Below the pieces are notes generated by a model, which saw only the letters and a list, made by a program, of their open reading frames with translations, had not been told where the DNA came from and did not search any database. This document shows, in pieces, positions 12,335-26,704 of a stretch of DNA of 64,000 nucleotides (positions within the stretch are counted from its first letter, which is position 1; each line of letters begins with the position of its first letter). The position numbers were made by a program, and so were the translations under genes. Source of the DNA: Hemiscyllium ocellatum (Eukaryota); contig NC_083417.1 in the NCBI RefSeq assembly GCF_020745735.1, positions 53,630,001 through 53,694,000 on the forward strand. The letters are read 5' to 3'.

Positions 12335-14335
12335 AGAATACAGGATACAGAATCTTCAGTCCATCATGTCCATGCTGACCATGTTCACAAACTAAACTGG
12401 TCCCATCTGCCTGTGTTTGGCCCACATCCCTCCAAACCTTTCCTATTCATATACATATCCAATGTCTTTAAAATGCTGTAACTGTACCTGCATCTAATAC
12501 CAGCAGTTCATTCCACACATAACCACCCTCTTTGGTTTTAAAAAAAGGACTTCCCCCTCATGTCTTTTTTATATCTTTCTCCTTTCAACTTAAAAATATG
12601 CTCCCTAGTTTTGATCTCTCCACACCTTACTGAAAAGATCCTTGCTATTTACCTTATCTATATCCCTCATGATTTTTTTATAAACCTTTTATAAGGTCAC
12701 TCCTCAATCTCCTACAATCCAATGGAAAAATGTCCCAGTCTATCCAGCCTCTCCTATAACTCAAACCCTCCACTCCCAGCAACATCCTGGTAAATCTTTT
12801 CTTAATCCTCTCCAGTTTAATAATAGCCTTCCTTTCACGGAATGACCAGAACTGCACGGATTACTCCAGAAGAGGCCTAACCAGTGTTCTGTGCAACCTC
12901 AACTTATGTCTCAACTCCTATATTCAAAGGAGTGATCAATAAAGGCAAGCATGCTAAATGCTGTGTTAACCACCTGTACATCTGTGATGTAAATTTCAAA
13001 GAATTATGTCCCTGAACCACTATGTCTCTCTGCTGTAAAACACTAGCCAATGCTCTACCATTAATAAGTACTGCCTTTGTCTGTTTCACCAAAATGCAAC
13101 ACCTTGCATTTATCCTCAGTCCACTGACCCAATTGATCAAAATCGCTTTTTGTATCTTTTAGATAATCTTCACTATCCGCCATACCACCAATTTTGGTGT
13201 CATCTGTAGACTACTAACAATGCCTCCTATATTCCCATCCAAATCATTTAAGTAAATGACAAACAAATGTGGATCCAGTACTGATCCCTGTGGAACACTG
13301 CTGGTCACAGGCCTCCAGTCCAAAAAATGACTCTCCATGACCATCAAGCCAATTTTTAACCATATGGCAAACTCATCCTGAATCCCATGTAGTCTAACTT
13401 TATTAATTAGTGTATTGCGGAACCTAATCAGAGATTTTATAAACGCCCAAGTAAACAACATCTACTGCTCTGCCCTCATCAATCTTTTTGATTACTTCCT
13501 CAAAAAAATTCTAGTTTGTGTGACATGATTTGCCTCGCACAAAATCAAACTGACTATCCCTAATCATTCTTTGCCTCTCTAAATGCACGTAAATCCTTTA
13601 TTTCAGAATCACCTCCAACAACGTAACTACCACCAATGTCAGACTCTAGTGTATAGTTCTCCAGGCTTTTCCTTACTGCCCTTCTTTAATAAAGGCACAA
13701 CAGCATTAGCAACCCTCTAGTCCTCTGGCACCTCAGCCATGCTCATAGATGATACAAATGTTTCTGCTAGGGCCCTCCAATTTCCTCCTCAAACTTTCCA
13801 CAACATTCTGAGGTACACTATATCAGGTCACAGATTTATCTAGTGTTATGTTTTCTAAAACCTTTAGGACTTGCTCTTCTGTAATGTGAACTGTTTTCAA
13901 AACATCAATATTTATTTCCTTGAGTTCTCTAATCTCCAATTCTTTTTACGTAGTAAAAGCTGACGAAATATTAATTTAATATCTCTCCCATCTCCTGAGA
14001 TTTGACACAAAGGTGCCTTCATTGATCTTTAAGGGGCCCTACTCTCTCTCTGGTTGCTGTTTAACTTTTTATGTACTAATAAAATCTCTTCGGATTATCT
14101 TTAACTTTATCTACCAAGGTTATCTCATATTCCCTCTTTGCCTTCCTGACTTCCCTCTTAAGAATGCCCCTACACCCTTAAAACTGTTAAAGAGATTCAT
14201 TTGATCCCAGTTGTTGATATATAAGAAACATTTTTTATTTGTGACTACAACCTCATATCTTTACTCCTCATCCATTGTTCCCTAATCTTTCCAGCCTTTC
14301 CTTTCACTCTAACAGGAACATAATGCCTCCGTATT
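12335..14335 (-). mobile_element. Decayed CR1 LINE (RT plus 3' tail)
   Basis: ORF 13159-13461 WRPVTSSVPQGSVLDPHLFVIYLNDLD; CR1 3' tail at the left end. Confidence 0.88.
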
Positions 14336-15287
14336 CATAGTTCCATCCCTAAATTGTAGATTCTCTCAAAAATTTCATGTAGAATGATAAAATTATGTTC
14401 ATGTAATAAAATTATCTGTAGAGTGATCTACTTACAGCCTCAATACCTATACTGTATAGCCTTGATTCACTGTAATTACTGTTACAAGTTTTATATAGGT
14501 AGTTCTCTTCAGAAGTTTGAAGATCTAAATTTAAACTGTACTAATTGACAGGATTGACAGAACAATAACATGAACTTTTACAAAATAGGAAACAAATAGC
14601 CTTTTTCATGGTTAAATCTCCACCATCAAACATTTTCTCGTTCAGAGTTTGCCCAGTCAGACTAACATGATTCAGCTTAAAGGACAAGCATTGACAAAAA
14701 GGGATTTGTACTAAAGCAAGTCTTACAGCGGTTAGATTGCAGAATTTCCTATTGGGAGCACCTTGGAGGAACTGAAGTCTAGATTTAAAATCTCAATTGC
14801 ATTATTGAAGAATCAATGCAGTAGGAATCACAGTGCATGCGCACACATGGACTGTGTATTTATATTGAAGGCAAGAAGTTATTCTACATGCAAAACTAAT
14901 GATTGAAAGTTTTGGAAATGTATTCAATTCAGCATAAATAGAGCAATGCTAATATAATGCACAAAGAATGGTGTTAAATTATGGGAGGGAAAGACTTCTG
15001 TATTTATCCATGCAACTGTGGCTGTAGACGTTTTGCTTAAAAATTTCTTAGAGATAAGTCATATGTTACAAATTGACCTGCACCTCACTTCAACCACAGG
15101 CACTTCTCTGACTGTCTCTCTTCAGGTCATACTTGCCCATAACTTCCAGGCCAAGACTAGTTTAATGGGACCATTAGCAAGAATAGTCAAACATTGCCCA
15201 AAAAAATACAGTCACAAATTAATCCTTTGCTCCTCTTAGAATATTGGAGTTAAAAATCACACAACACCAGTTTATAGTCCAACAGGT

Positions 15288-15480
15288 GAGCTGCCAAGGG
15301 AAGTAGTGAAGGATAGTACAATTGCAACATTTGAAATGCATCAGGATGGGTAAATGAATAGGAAGGGTTTGGAGGGATATGGGCCAAGTGGTGGCAGGTG
15401 GGACTAGATTGGGTTGGAATATCTGGTCAGTATGGACGGGTTGGACCGAAGGGTCTGTTTCCATGCTGTGCATTTCTATA
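15288..15480 (+). mobile_element. CR1 3' tail fragment
   Basis: ...gggttggaccgaagggtctgtttccatgctgt tail. Confidence 0.75.
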
Positions 15481-15777
15481 ACAGGTTATTGGAGAATATT
15501 GGAGAGTATTATAGAATATTGGAGAGATCATAGCAGGGCAGTGCAATTTTAAAGTTTAGTGAAAGACATAAATTAGACTCATGCAACCACTAGTGTTCTC
15601 CTTCGTGCTGACATCATCTATGTCAGATGTTTACTCGTCTTAAGGATAGGCTAAGAAACTGGAATCATTTACTTTATCTATGTACTTTTGATTGGACTGT
15701 CAAATGTTATGTACATATATACCCATCTCACCTTACTGCAAGTACCACAACATTTCCACTTTCTCTTCTGCTACCTA

Positions 15778-16130
15778 TGGGAGGTGGTGGTTAGACTATA
15801 TTATGACTAGAGTATTAATCTAGCAAACCAGGTAATGATCTGGGGAGCTGGGTTTAAATCCTATCATGGCAGAGCAGACGTTGGAATTCTTAAATTCAGT
15901 AAAAATTTGGAATTAAAATTCTAATGATGACTTTGAAACTATTGTCAATTGACCCATCTGATTTACTAATCTCCTTTTAGAGGAAGAGATCTTTGTCTTT
16001 ACCTGGTCTGGCCTACATGAGACCACAGACTCACAGCAATGTGGTTAATTCTTAACTGTCCACTGGGCAGTAAGGGATGAAATTAAATGTTGGCTTAGCC
16101 AGTGATGCTCTCATCCTGTGAGTGAATACA
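15778..16130 (+). mobile_element. Old SINE-like repeat (second copy at ~19285-19590)
   Basis: Shared core tttacctggtctggcctacatg..ac..cag..cacagcaatgtggtt..tcttaact. Confidence 0.6.
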
Positions 16131-18458
16131 TTGCCCCATATTTTACTGAAGAATGATACTTATTTTTGCGCAAATCAGCCTGCAACTTATGCCGCAGAAC
16201 AGATATTGGCATTTTACTAGCGGTGGCCACCAACAAATGCCTGCCACAAGGGTTACCAGAATAACCAAACCAGTTTTGCAGTGCCAACTAATGATGGTGT
16301 GTTACTGGCTTCTTTACACCCAACTCTCCGATCCCTCATGCACACCCAATTGATAAACTATATAAGTAGACTCAATTTATTTGATGTCTATAAATTATGT
16401 AAATTATACATGTGATTAAGAATTATGCAGATAAAACAGGGTTACTCTATAAATTCAGCAATTACTATTATTCACTGCAATGGTTGGAAATAGCAGACTA
16501 CTGGTCACATATTGCTTTGCTTCCTGGTTCCTCGATAACATGAACATTATTTAGCATCTTCCAGTTGAGGCTGCTGTGCCAATGTGAGGGTGACTCAATA
16601 AGATTAGCTGAATTTTGGAGAAAAAGCCATTCCGTGCAGATAGGCCCTATTGATTGTGATTGTGTGTATTAGTATAGCTGAGGAGCATTGGAAGCATCTT
16701 GATGCTGGTACAGCTGTTACCACTGGGGTGTCTCTTGTGAGACTTCCACATCAAGAAGGGCCCCCCCCCTACAGGAGACTACTTTGGGAGGCTCCCAGGG
16801 ATTATCCAACTTTCTTTTTCTATGCAGCAATAAAACTTCTGAAAGTGGGCAAAATGTCTCTTTTGAGCCCCAGATGCCCTGTTGCTCCTTTATACCATTA
16901 TTAACTAATTTCCAGTCACTTGTGGGTAAAATATTTTTAAAAACTAAACAAAGATAAGCAGGCCTAACTAGCGGAGCACACCATAAGGTCATCATCTAGG
17001 CTGCAACTTTAGTTGTAAACCATTAGTACTACTCTAATGTTGGTAGTACTGATGAGTCATTAAATCAAGGGCCCTGAAACTTACAAAATAAATAATTTTG
17101 AAATAAATTAATTTAGTTCTCACATTTTGAAATGATACATCAGTTGGATTTTCAGTTGAAGCCCTCCCTTATAAATTCTAGTTGAAATCAATATTTTCAA
17201 CCAGATTGCCCAACGTAGGTTTACACAAATAATTTTTAATTGCAATAGTTTATTGTGAGATTTGTGATTAGGTATGTCCCTACAGGAAGGAAGAGCATGA
17301 CTTTCCCATTACTTCTCCTAATGATGCCACAAGAATGGCAGTGGCAAAGGACTGGGAAAAAATTGCAAACGTAACCTTCTCTCCTAGGAAGCAGGATGTC
17401 TTACAGTGGAAACTAAATTTAAGAAGACAATAATAGTGTGTATGGAGAACTGAAAAAGAAGCACTTTAGAGCATAGTCACTAGGTTAGGACTCTGGTACC
17501 ATGATATTGTGGGTAGTTGAAGTCACTGTTTGCCATTCGATCTTATTTATACTTTAGGTCCTCAATATATGTGCAGCAGCTTTAGAGTGCTCTTGTAGGT
17601 GAGATGTTTGAATGCATGTTTTCACAACCTGGTATATAAGTAAGGTTCATAGCTGCCATGAAAAGAAACGCACAATATTTCACTAATTACATTTCAGTTG
17701 TTGCTTCTACTCAGTGCCTTCATTGGATTCTCTTTATGTTTCAAAAGATTGCAGAATAACACGTTACCTGAGACCTAATTAAATCAGCCAAGCAAATTTA
17801 TTCCAATCATATCTGAATATGTGACACCAGAAGTAACACATCATCATCCTTTAAATCTCCACTATAAACAGAATAAACAGTTTGTAAATTCTGTGCAAAA
17901 ACATACTATACTTAAGTAGTTTTTAAAAATTCTTACCAACTACAGAAGTGAACTGAGTCACTTAGTTATGGGGAGAAGGTGGGAGAATGGGGATGAGAAA
18001 TTTATCAGCCATGATTGAATGGCAGAGCAGACTTGATGGGCTGAATGGCCTAACCTCTGCTCCGATGTCTTATGGTCTTATTTAAAACTGACATATAAAT
18101 TTGAAAAAGTCATGTACATAAAATTTTCAAAATGATGGCAACACCAGTAGCAAGCAGAAATATACCAATACAGACACATATTCAAGAAAATCCTCAAGAC
18201 ATTTGTCTTCAAATTCAATCTTTCCCTTAGATTCTTATTTTCAAGTTTATTGACTACAATAATATTGCAACATTGTTAGAAACCTAACTGGGATATGAAT
18301 TTCTGATAAACTGGTTTTCAACAATCATGTGTAATTTAGAAAATTGAAGAAACAAATTGTAAACTACATTTTGTCACAGTCTGCCTTCTTCAAAGGGTTA
18401 TTTTCTAAAGTTTTAAAATTATTATTGTTTCTTTCTTTTTCACTTTTAATTTGAACAG

Positions 18459-18526
18459 GTGGCCTCTCGTTAAGTCAGTTGGAAAATATTCCAATTGAAG
18501 CTGATGAAGACTACTTTGAGGGACTG
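18459..18526 (+). CDS. TSNAXIP1: TSNAXIP1 coding exon
   Basis: ttgaacag| ... CTG|gtatgc; (G)GLSLSQLENIPIEADEDYFEGL (cf. human ...KDFFPGL); phase 1 to 0. Confidence 0.85.
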
Positions 18527-18654
18527 GTATGCGCTAGTAGTCATTTGCTTAATAACATTGTAGGGATACATTGCATACAAATCAACTGCATGCTTGTTTA
18601 AAGATTGCTGGTTTGTATTTTCAGTTGAAACATTTGCCTTTGAAAAGATGATTT

Positions 18655-18912
18655 GTTACAGGAATTCCCGTGCATGCCTAGAGGCCTGGCATTCAAACCA
18701 GAACTCCATCAATAAACACATCAATTTGGACCCTATTTACCAATCTTTGAGAAAAAGAACTGGAATGATATCACCCATCTTAACAGACCAAGACACACAA
18801 ATAGAAAGTGGAACAGAACACCAGTGCTTCACTAGATGATGTTACCTAGCATGGTGATGAAATATCTGAAAACAAACCTGCCAGCTCAGCGAGCAAATTT
18901 ACAACCTGAGCT
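18655..18912 (+). mobile_element. Penelope-like 3' fragment
   Basis: LEAWHSNQNSINKHINLDPIYQSLRKR plus terminal repeat. Confidence 0.75.
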
Positions 18913-19719
18913 TGAGAGGAATACTAGTTGGCTATTAGGAGGATAGGTGTTTGGCACCAGGCTGTTGATTAGAGTGCAATGGAAGAGTCAAGTATTAGAA
19001 AGGTTGAGGGAGCAGAGAAGAATATTGTAGAAGGAGCTGTAGAAATTAGGCAATGGACTGAAGAGTTCAGCAGAGAATTTGGAAGATGATGATGGAGTGG
19101 AGAGACTACAGAAGATCATTGTACAAGCTACAGTGAGTGGGCAGGACAAGAGAAGGTTGCAGGCATTGGAGAAATCTGGGGAAGGGGGGAAAACATTTGG
19201 GAGACAAAGAGGAGATTGTATACAGTAGAGGAAATAATCAGATTATTGAGTGTGAAGTTCAATCAATGGGGAATTAGTGATTGAATGAAATGTTACTGGA
19301 CTGAATCCAAGATCTCCAGCAAATGTTCTGGAAACATGGATTCAAATGCAGAATGGCAACAGAGAACTTAATTTTGTCAGAAAAACCATTTAGTTCACTA
19401 ATGTCCTTTTTACAGGAGGAAATCAGCAGTCCTTACCTGGTCTAATCTACATGTGACACTAGTTCCTCAGAATTATGTTTGACTCTTAACAGTCCTCTGA
19501 AATGGTCCAGCAAACCACTTTGTTCGAGTCAATAAGGGATGGACAATAAATGCTGACTTTGAAAGTGATACCAGCGTTCCTAGAAAGTAAATTTTAAAAA
19601 TGCTAGTCTTACTATAAACTCTTACATTCCTACGAATCAATTCTAGTTACGCGGGAAAGGAATTGTACTTACAGGATGTTCCAAAGTGCTTTACAGTCTT
19701 TTTTTTTCTGTTTTGTTCA

Positions 19720-21180
19720 TTTATCCATGGGATGTGGGTGTCAATGGCTGGGTCAGCAATTATTGCCCATTCCTAATTACTGTTCAGAAAATTGTGGTGT
19801 GCTGCCTTTTTGGATTGCTGCAGCCCATTTGGTATAGGTAGACCCTCAGTACTGATGGGAAGGCTTTACATTCCAGAGACACGGAGGGGATAACAATTTG
19901 TTTCCAAGTCTGCACGGTAAGTGGCTTGGAGGGGAACTTACAGATGGTAGTATTCAGATGTGTTTGCTGATCTTGCCCTTCTCTGTGGTAGTGGCTGTTG
20001 ATTTAGAAGGTGCTGATTAAGGAGCCTCAGTAAATTTCTGCATTGTATATTGTAGATGGGTACAAGCTGCTGCTACTATGTTTCAGTGGTGGAGGGAATG
20101 GATATGGTGCTCGGTAAGTGGGCTGCTTTGTTCTGAAAGATGGCAAGCTTACTGAGGCTTGTTTGAGCTGCACTCATCCAGGCATGTTTAGAGTATTCCA
20201 TCATACTCCTGAGTTATGCCTTGTAGATGGTGGATGGGCTTTGAGAGTCAGGAAATGAGTAATTCAATGCAGCATTCTTAGTCTCTGACCTGCCTCCATA
20301 GCCATAGTATTAATATGGCTAGTCCAGTTGAGTTTTTGGTCAATCATAATCCCCAGGACATTGATAGTGGGGGAGTTCAGTGATAGTAATCCATCAAATG
20401 TCATTGGGCAATGGTTAGATTCTCTTTCGCTGAAGATCATTGCCTAGCATTTGTGTGGCATGAATATTACATGCTACGTGTCACCACACACCTGGATATT
20501 ATATAGTACTTGCTAAGTTCCACATGGACTGCTTCACTGTTTGTCAAGTCTCAAATATTACACGATATTCAACACCAATTGTTCAATGCTGCAGCTGAAG
20601 ATAATTAGGCCAAGGACACTACCCTAAGGAATGCCTGCACTGATGTACTGGAGCTGAGATGCCTGACTTGCAGCAACCACAACCACAAACATTGTCCTTC
20701 ATACTAATTATGTTTCCAACAAATGGAGTGATTTATTTTTTTTCCCCCAATTACCATTGACGCTGGTTTTGCTACCACCCCTTGATGCCACACTCTGTCC
20801 AATGTGGCCTTGAAATTCTAGTCAGTCATAGTCATTTCACCTCTGGAATTCAGAGCTTTTTTTGTCCATGTTTGAACTAAAGTTCTGAAGAAGTCAGGAG
20901 CTGAGTAGATGTGGTGGAACCCAGACTGAGTGCCAGTGGGTTGATGATGGCTTCCAATGCTTTCCTGATGAATGTTGAGGCGGTAATTGATCAGGTTGGA
21001 TTTGTCCTCTTTTTTTTCTTTTGCGTAGAGGACATGCCTAGGCAATTTTCCAAATTGTTGGGTAGATGCCAGTATTGTAGTTGTACTGGCACAGCTTCAC
21101 TAGGGCACAAGAAGATTTGGAGCACCTCTTCAGTACTATTGCCAGAATGCTGTCAAGGACCATTTCCTTTACAGTATTCA
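19720..21180 (-). mobile_element. Old CR1/L2-group LINE RT and 3' region
   Basis: ORF pieces LCQYNYNTGIYPTIWKIA, KKEDKSNLINYR, LVQTWTKKALNSRGE; related pieces at ~25290-25580 (+), ~28080-28670 (+) and 63320-64000 (-). Confidence 0.75.
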
Positions 21181-21601
21181 AAGGATGTGGACTTGATGGG
21201 CTGAATGGCATGCTTCCACACTGTAGGGATTCCAATCTATTCTATGGAAAAAGCAGCAAGTCGTTAAATCTGGAATGCACTAACTGTGAGTGTATTGGTG
21301 ACATGTTTAATTGGAGCATTCAAAGTTGAATTAGACTATTAACTTCAAAAGGAAGGATGTGCAGGGTTACAGGGAAAAGGTGGGAAAATGACATGACATG
21401 AAATGCTCATTTGAATCACCAATGCAGACATCATAGGCCAAATGGCTGCCTTCTGCATTGCAACAATTCTGTGAAATGTTCTGGATTGAAAATAGTTGTA
21501 AGGGATCTTTTATGTGCATCTGAATGGACTGACAGGGATTTGATTTAATGTCTCATCTAAATGTAAAACAAGGATTATAAACAAAATGATATTTTGTATA
21601 G

Positions 21602-21730
21602 GGTACTGGAGAAGATGTTATTGCATATCTGCGTCATGATGGTCTAATCAAAAATGTGAATTTAGCCAAAGAAAGCATAACCAAAGTTCTTAAAGAAGTC
21701 TGGAAAGAAAAGATGGCATCAGATCTCCAG
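21602..21730 (+). CDS. TSNAXIP1: TSNAXIP1 coding exon
   Basis: tatag| ... CAG|gtatgt; GTGEDVIAYLRHDGLIKNVNLAKESITKVLKEVWKEKMASDLQ; phase 0 to 0. Confidence 0.92.
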
Positions 21731-22779
21731 GTATGTATATTCTTTAGAATCCCAGCAGTGACATTTTCAGAGATGATATTAATTCCTACAAAAGAGGTAA
21801 TTTGTATTTGTAAGGTTAGCAATGGAATCTTTTTTGGAATAACGTTTTTAAAAAGATTTCAACAATGCAAAAAACAAAGAAAGCAGTCAAATATTAGCAA
21901 CTCATCAATTGAGCTGGAGTTTGTATACTCATACATGCTAAAGCCAAAAAATTTGTCAGTTTCACATGTCATACACATTGATACTGAGTTTGAATTTATA
22001 TTATTTGTGCACTATAAGCATGCTAGTATTCTGCAAAACACCGGTCAGTCTCCGTGTCAGAAAGTAGTGCCCTCTGTCATAAATTATATGTTTCTAACTT
22101 TTCTACTAGTGCTAAGCTGAATGTCTCCCAACCATGAACTTACTCTATGATTTATCCTGTATCTTCAAGGATCATCTACCTATTGCACTTAATCACTTTT
22201 TAAGTATTCCAATGATTTGGCAAATCTCAGTGAACATGTAACCTGCAGATAGGGAGACTGCAGGCTGAATTGTAGTTTCTATTAAATGAGCTGATTCCAG
22301 GTGAAATATTTGTGTTGGTCATGTTTCCCAATGCCCACTGCTGACAGTGAGTGAAGCTACCAACATTCTGATGTAACTGACGTATTCCTGTGAAAATTCT
22401 ACATTTGGAAATGGTCTGGACTAGGGAGAAAAAGTAAATGACTAGAAATCTCATTTATATTTGCTGTTCAATGGCAGTATACATGATGGAAAGTCAGAAG
22501 GGACAAAGCAGGATGAAAGAATAGTCAAATGTGATATAAAAACATTGAGCTGTTTTTTTAAAAATGCTAAGTTATAGCTTTTCATGCTAGTATAATACAT
22601 TAATCAATTTCCTGAAGACTGTAATAATTATGCAATGGAAAGAAACTTCCATGAATAAAACAAATTATTTTACATCTACTGATAATCAAGATGTGATTAT
22701 GCCTATTGTAGAGCATCCTATTTCTATAAAGAAATTTATTTCAACTAAATCTAATTATTGTTTTTCCCCTAAAATATAG

Positions 22780-22938
22780 AGTGGGACAAGGTCTAGCCTT
22801 CCTGAGTTTTTCCATAACTTTCTCCAGAAGAAGTATGGAGACTCTGCCTTGCTTTGGGCCTACAACATTTATTATGGCTGCAGGAACCATCAGAAAGATG
22901 AATTCATCAGCTTGTTTTTCAGTATTCTCAATGGAATT
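22780..22938 (+). CDS. TSNAXIP1: TSNAXIP1 coding exon
   Basis: tatag| ... ATT|gtgagt; SGTRSSLPEFFHNFLQKKYGDSALLWAYNIYYGC...FFSILNGI; phase 0 to 0. Confidence 0.92.
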
Positions 22939-23756
22939 GTGAGTTTGGCCTTCTCTTATTCAATAAAATTAACAGAATTTTAAATAGCATTTATCAAACA
23001 GTTAAATGGATTTTTTGTTAACCTCCTATTAATGACTCAATACGCTCATTGTTTCACAGGGTTCAATTGTTCATTGCTACAGTATCTACACAGCATGCCA
23101 CAGGAGTGTGGGATGTAGTATTGATTTGCCCGAATTCTTGGATTTGTACTCTCAGCTGTACTGCTCGAGATGCAGAGATAAAGCTGTGTTTCTTTACAAC
23201 CAGAGAGAAAACTTAAGGAATTTTGGCAGCACACACCTTTCTCTTTTAATCAGTTTAACATGACATTGGTGTTAGCATAGGAATGCCAATGATGGTTTCA
23301 ACAGCACAAAAGATTATTGGTTCATTTATTGGATTAGTTAAGTCTGAGATGAGGAGGCATTGTGCATCTTTGGATGGTTGTGAATCTTTAGAAATCTCTA
23401 ATCCAAAGGATTTTGGATGCTGAATTTTTCAGTACTTTAAAGGCTGAGATAGAGAGGTTGTTGGACTGTAGGGATATTGGGATGGGAAGAAAGTGGAGTT
23501 GAAATCAAAGAACAGCCATGAGCTTCTGGATGAGTAGCATAGTGCTGCAGCACTGTACGCCTATTCTTGCATCCATTTCTTTTGCCATTTGAACAAGGAG
23601 GGTTATTTCATAGGATCAGAAGCTCAAAGGGGTGACATTCCACTCATTATGCCTGTGCTGGATCTTAAAGTGCTGTTGCACTTAATCCTACGCTCCTTTG
23701 TGTCTACAATCTTATAAGTTCCTCGGCCACAAATATCTGACTAGCTTACCTTTTAA

Positions 23757-23955
23757 AACTCGTTCTATGATAACACGGGTTTCGTCAATGTAAGTTGGCT
23801 ATAACACAATTGACGAATTGTGGACATTGTTTGGATAATGCAAACTTTCTACTGAACGGATGTAGCAATTTTCTATTAGCAATGTTCTACAACGCAATTT
23901 TCTATAGTGCATGATTGTAGAGGAACACAACTGTCACATTATAGCAGAATGACAT
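23757..23955. mobile_element. Tigger-like MITE
   Basis: Imperfect TIR cgttctatgataac / attatagcagaatg; internal ctata/caac sub-repeats. Confidence 0.5.
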
Positions 23956-24311
23956 TACTTATCGAATCAGAATCCACCATCTTTTCAAGTAGAGCTTTCA
24001 TCGTTGAGTGATAGAAATATTATTCTTCCTCCTGTTTAGGTTCTGTTAATGATCTTACATCAGTGGCTTGAATATTGACCCCCTTCGCAATAGGGAAGTT
24101 TTACTTTATCCTCTTGATTGAAATTTTTCATCAAGTTGAAAACCTCCATTACGTTACCTTTTAACTCCATGATTATTTCACATGGTGGGGGTCACATTTC
24201 AATTTTTTCTTCACACGGGTAGCCAGTGAGTATATTTCAGAAAGAAGAGGTTTGCCACGTAGATAAACTTGAATTTTATCAAAATAAACACAAAGCAATA
24301 AATTGACAATT

Positions 24312-24618
24312 GTGGGTGGCACAGTGGGCAGCACTGCAGCCTCACAGCACCAGAGACCCAGGTTCAATTCTAGCCTCAGGCGACTATTTGCGTGGAGTTT
24401 GCACATTCTCCCCGTGTCTGCGTGGATTTCCTCCGGGTGCACCGGTTTCCTCTGACCGTCCAAAAATGTGCAGGTTAGGTGAATTAGCCATGTTAAATTG
24501 CCCGTAGAGTTAGGTGAAGGGGTAAATGTAGGGGAATGGGTCTGGGCGAGTTGCGCTTTGGCGGGTCGGTGTGGACTTGTTGGGCCGAAGGGCCTGTTTC
24601 CACACTGTAAGTAATCTA
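24312..24618 (+). mobile_element. HE1-like tRNA-derived V-SINE
   Basis: A/B-box head (ggcacagtgg..., ggttcaattc), V-domain core gtggagtttgcacattctccccgtgtctgcgtgg, CR1-type tail. Confidence 0.9.
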
Positions 24619-26547
24619 TTTTGTCCTTTTCAATTAAGAGGCAGAGCTAAAGAAAGAAGAGTTTGATCACCAGGGAATGGGGTGGGGACCAGGGTGAGCC
24701 AAAGAGTTGGATTTACACTGATCTTGGTTTGTGCCAGGTGGGCACACTTTGAATTTTCCTTGGGAGAATTTACATGGAAGTGGGTTTCCTTGTAGGCTGA
24801 TTTGTCCCAGCCTGGTATGTCGGTAAATTTTTGCATTGAGTACATTTTGGGGAATTGTGAGGGGGGAGGAGGAGGAGGAGGAGCATTGTAGGAATGTCCA
24901 GTTTGCTCCCCCTCATTCACCCACCCGTCTTCCTGTTATAAATATCCACTCTTCCAGTACCCAGTCAGTAACTCGCCACACGTCCCCAAGCAGACACTTA
25001 TTCATTTGTCCGCCCATCCAGCCTGTTAGTCACCCAATTCAAATTCAAATTCTCCATCCTGCACTCCCAATCTCTCTCTCCTCTCTCTCTCAAACACACA
25101 CACATCTACACACCACTACCCCAACTCAGTCAGCCAACTCCAATCACTCTCTGATTTCACACACCCTATCATTCACGCTATCTCGTCATTCATTATCCCT
25201 TGTCATTCACCCACCCGCCAAAAGCAGCTCACGGACTCCACTCCCATCCTGTGCCTTCACAACCCGCCCAACTCCCAGATAGAGACTTTTGAATTTTGAG
25301 GTCAGTAACGCACCAAAAGCCTGTCTACCATCTACAAGGCACAAGTTAGGAATATAGTTTAATACTGTCCACTTGCTTGATGTGTGCGGTGCCAAAACTA
25401 TTTGGAGCTGAACATCATTCACTACAAAACCACATGCTTGACTGTCATCCCATTCACAAACTTAAAAATTAATTCCTTCCATTATTTATGTACAGTGGCA
25501 GCAGTCTGTACTACATTACAGCAATTAATCAAAACTCCTTTTAATAGCTCCAACCCCTCAACTTCTAGCATTTAATAAATTCCTGATCATGAGGATGTAG
25601 ATCTACTTGAGGAAAGCTCTAGCATTGCTAAAACCAAGAGGCTATCTTAGGCATATTTTAAATTTATAACAAATACAAGGAAAGGAAATGAAGGGAATAT
25701 AAAGGACAACAAAAAGTAAAATTAAGGACTAAAAACTTTGCATTTCAAGTTAATAGGCTGATCCCTGTATGGTTTATTTAAATTTTTATTCTACTAAAAG
25801 TTGGCTGATAAGATCACATCGAGATCAATGAGACACTTGTTTAACAGAACAAATGGTGTATTTGAATACGAAGGAGAGTGAATTAGAACAGGTAAATTCA
25901 ACATTTTATCAATTACAGAAAGAAAGAGGTAAAGAAAGATAGGATTTTCTTTCTTTTAAAAAAGAGTTCTCTTTCAAGGTAATTGAACTGATTGCCTTGT
26001 TAGGCCATTTCAAAGGGTAGTTAAGAGTTAACCACATTATTGGGGGATTGGAGTCGCATGTAGATTAGACCAAGAAAGGATGGCAATTTTTTTTTTCCCT
26101 AAAGAATATTAGTGAGACCGATGGGTTTTTCCCAGTTATCCTTTATAATTTCATGGATACCATTCCTGATAACTGGCCTGGAATTCAGATTAATTAAATT
26201 AATTTAAATTTCAACAACTTTTTGGTAGGATTTGAACACAAGCTCCTGGGCATTATTTAGCGACGGCCTCTAGATTATGAATCTAGTGACAATGAGGGAA
26301 TAAGAGCAAAAAAGACAAAAACGAAGAGTTAGAGGTTTTTAAAGCATGTTTTTAAATCTCTGACAATAATTCACAGTCTGATGGAATGAAAGACAAGACT
26401 TATTATTGTTCCCTTTCGATATCAGAGATGCTAATTGTTAGTTATCAACTGCATTGTTAATAGATACTTGTGCTGTATTTGTTAAATTTACCATAAAAAG
26501 TTAAGATTAACATGAAATTAATAAACAAATAGAGCAACCTTGTCACC

Positions 26548-26640
26548 AGGGAATGGGGTGGGTTGTGCTTCGTCGGGTCGGTGTGGACTTGTTTGGCCGA
26601 AGGGCCTGTTTCCACACTGTAAGTAATCTAATCTAATCTA
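26548..26640 (+). mobile_element. 5'-truncated SINE/CR1 tail with (tctaa)n
   Basis: Matches 24535-24618. Confidence 0.75.
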
Positions 26641-26704
26641 AAAAAACATAATTTGCTAAGATATTCTGCCTAATTGGACTTGTGTTTTCCTTTTTCTTTT
26701 GTAG

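Noticed and set aside
17286-17375. Candidate for the missing TSNAXIP1 exon
   Set aside because: Wrong exit phase, and it reads as a CR1 remnant (DW..IANV).
24836-25282. 148 aa H/S/P-rich ORF
   Set aside because: Low-complexity CA/CT-rich DNA with no splice support.
24667-26562. 20 nt exact match tcaccagggaatggggtggg at 24667-24686 and 26543-26562 as a possible TSD
   Set aside because: Partly overlaps SINE-tail consensus, and no coherent element lies between the copies.
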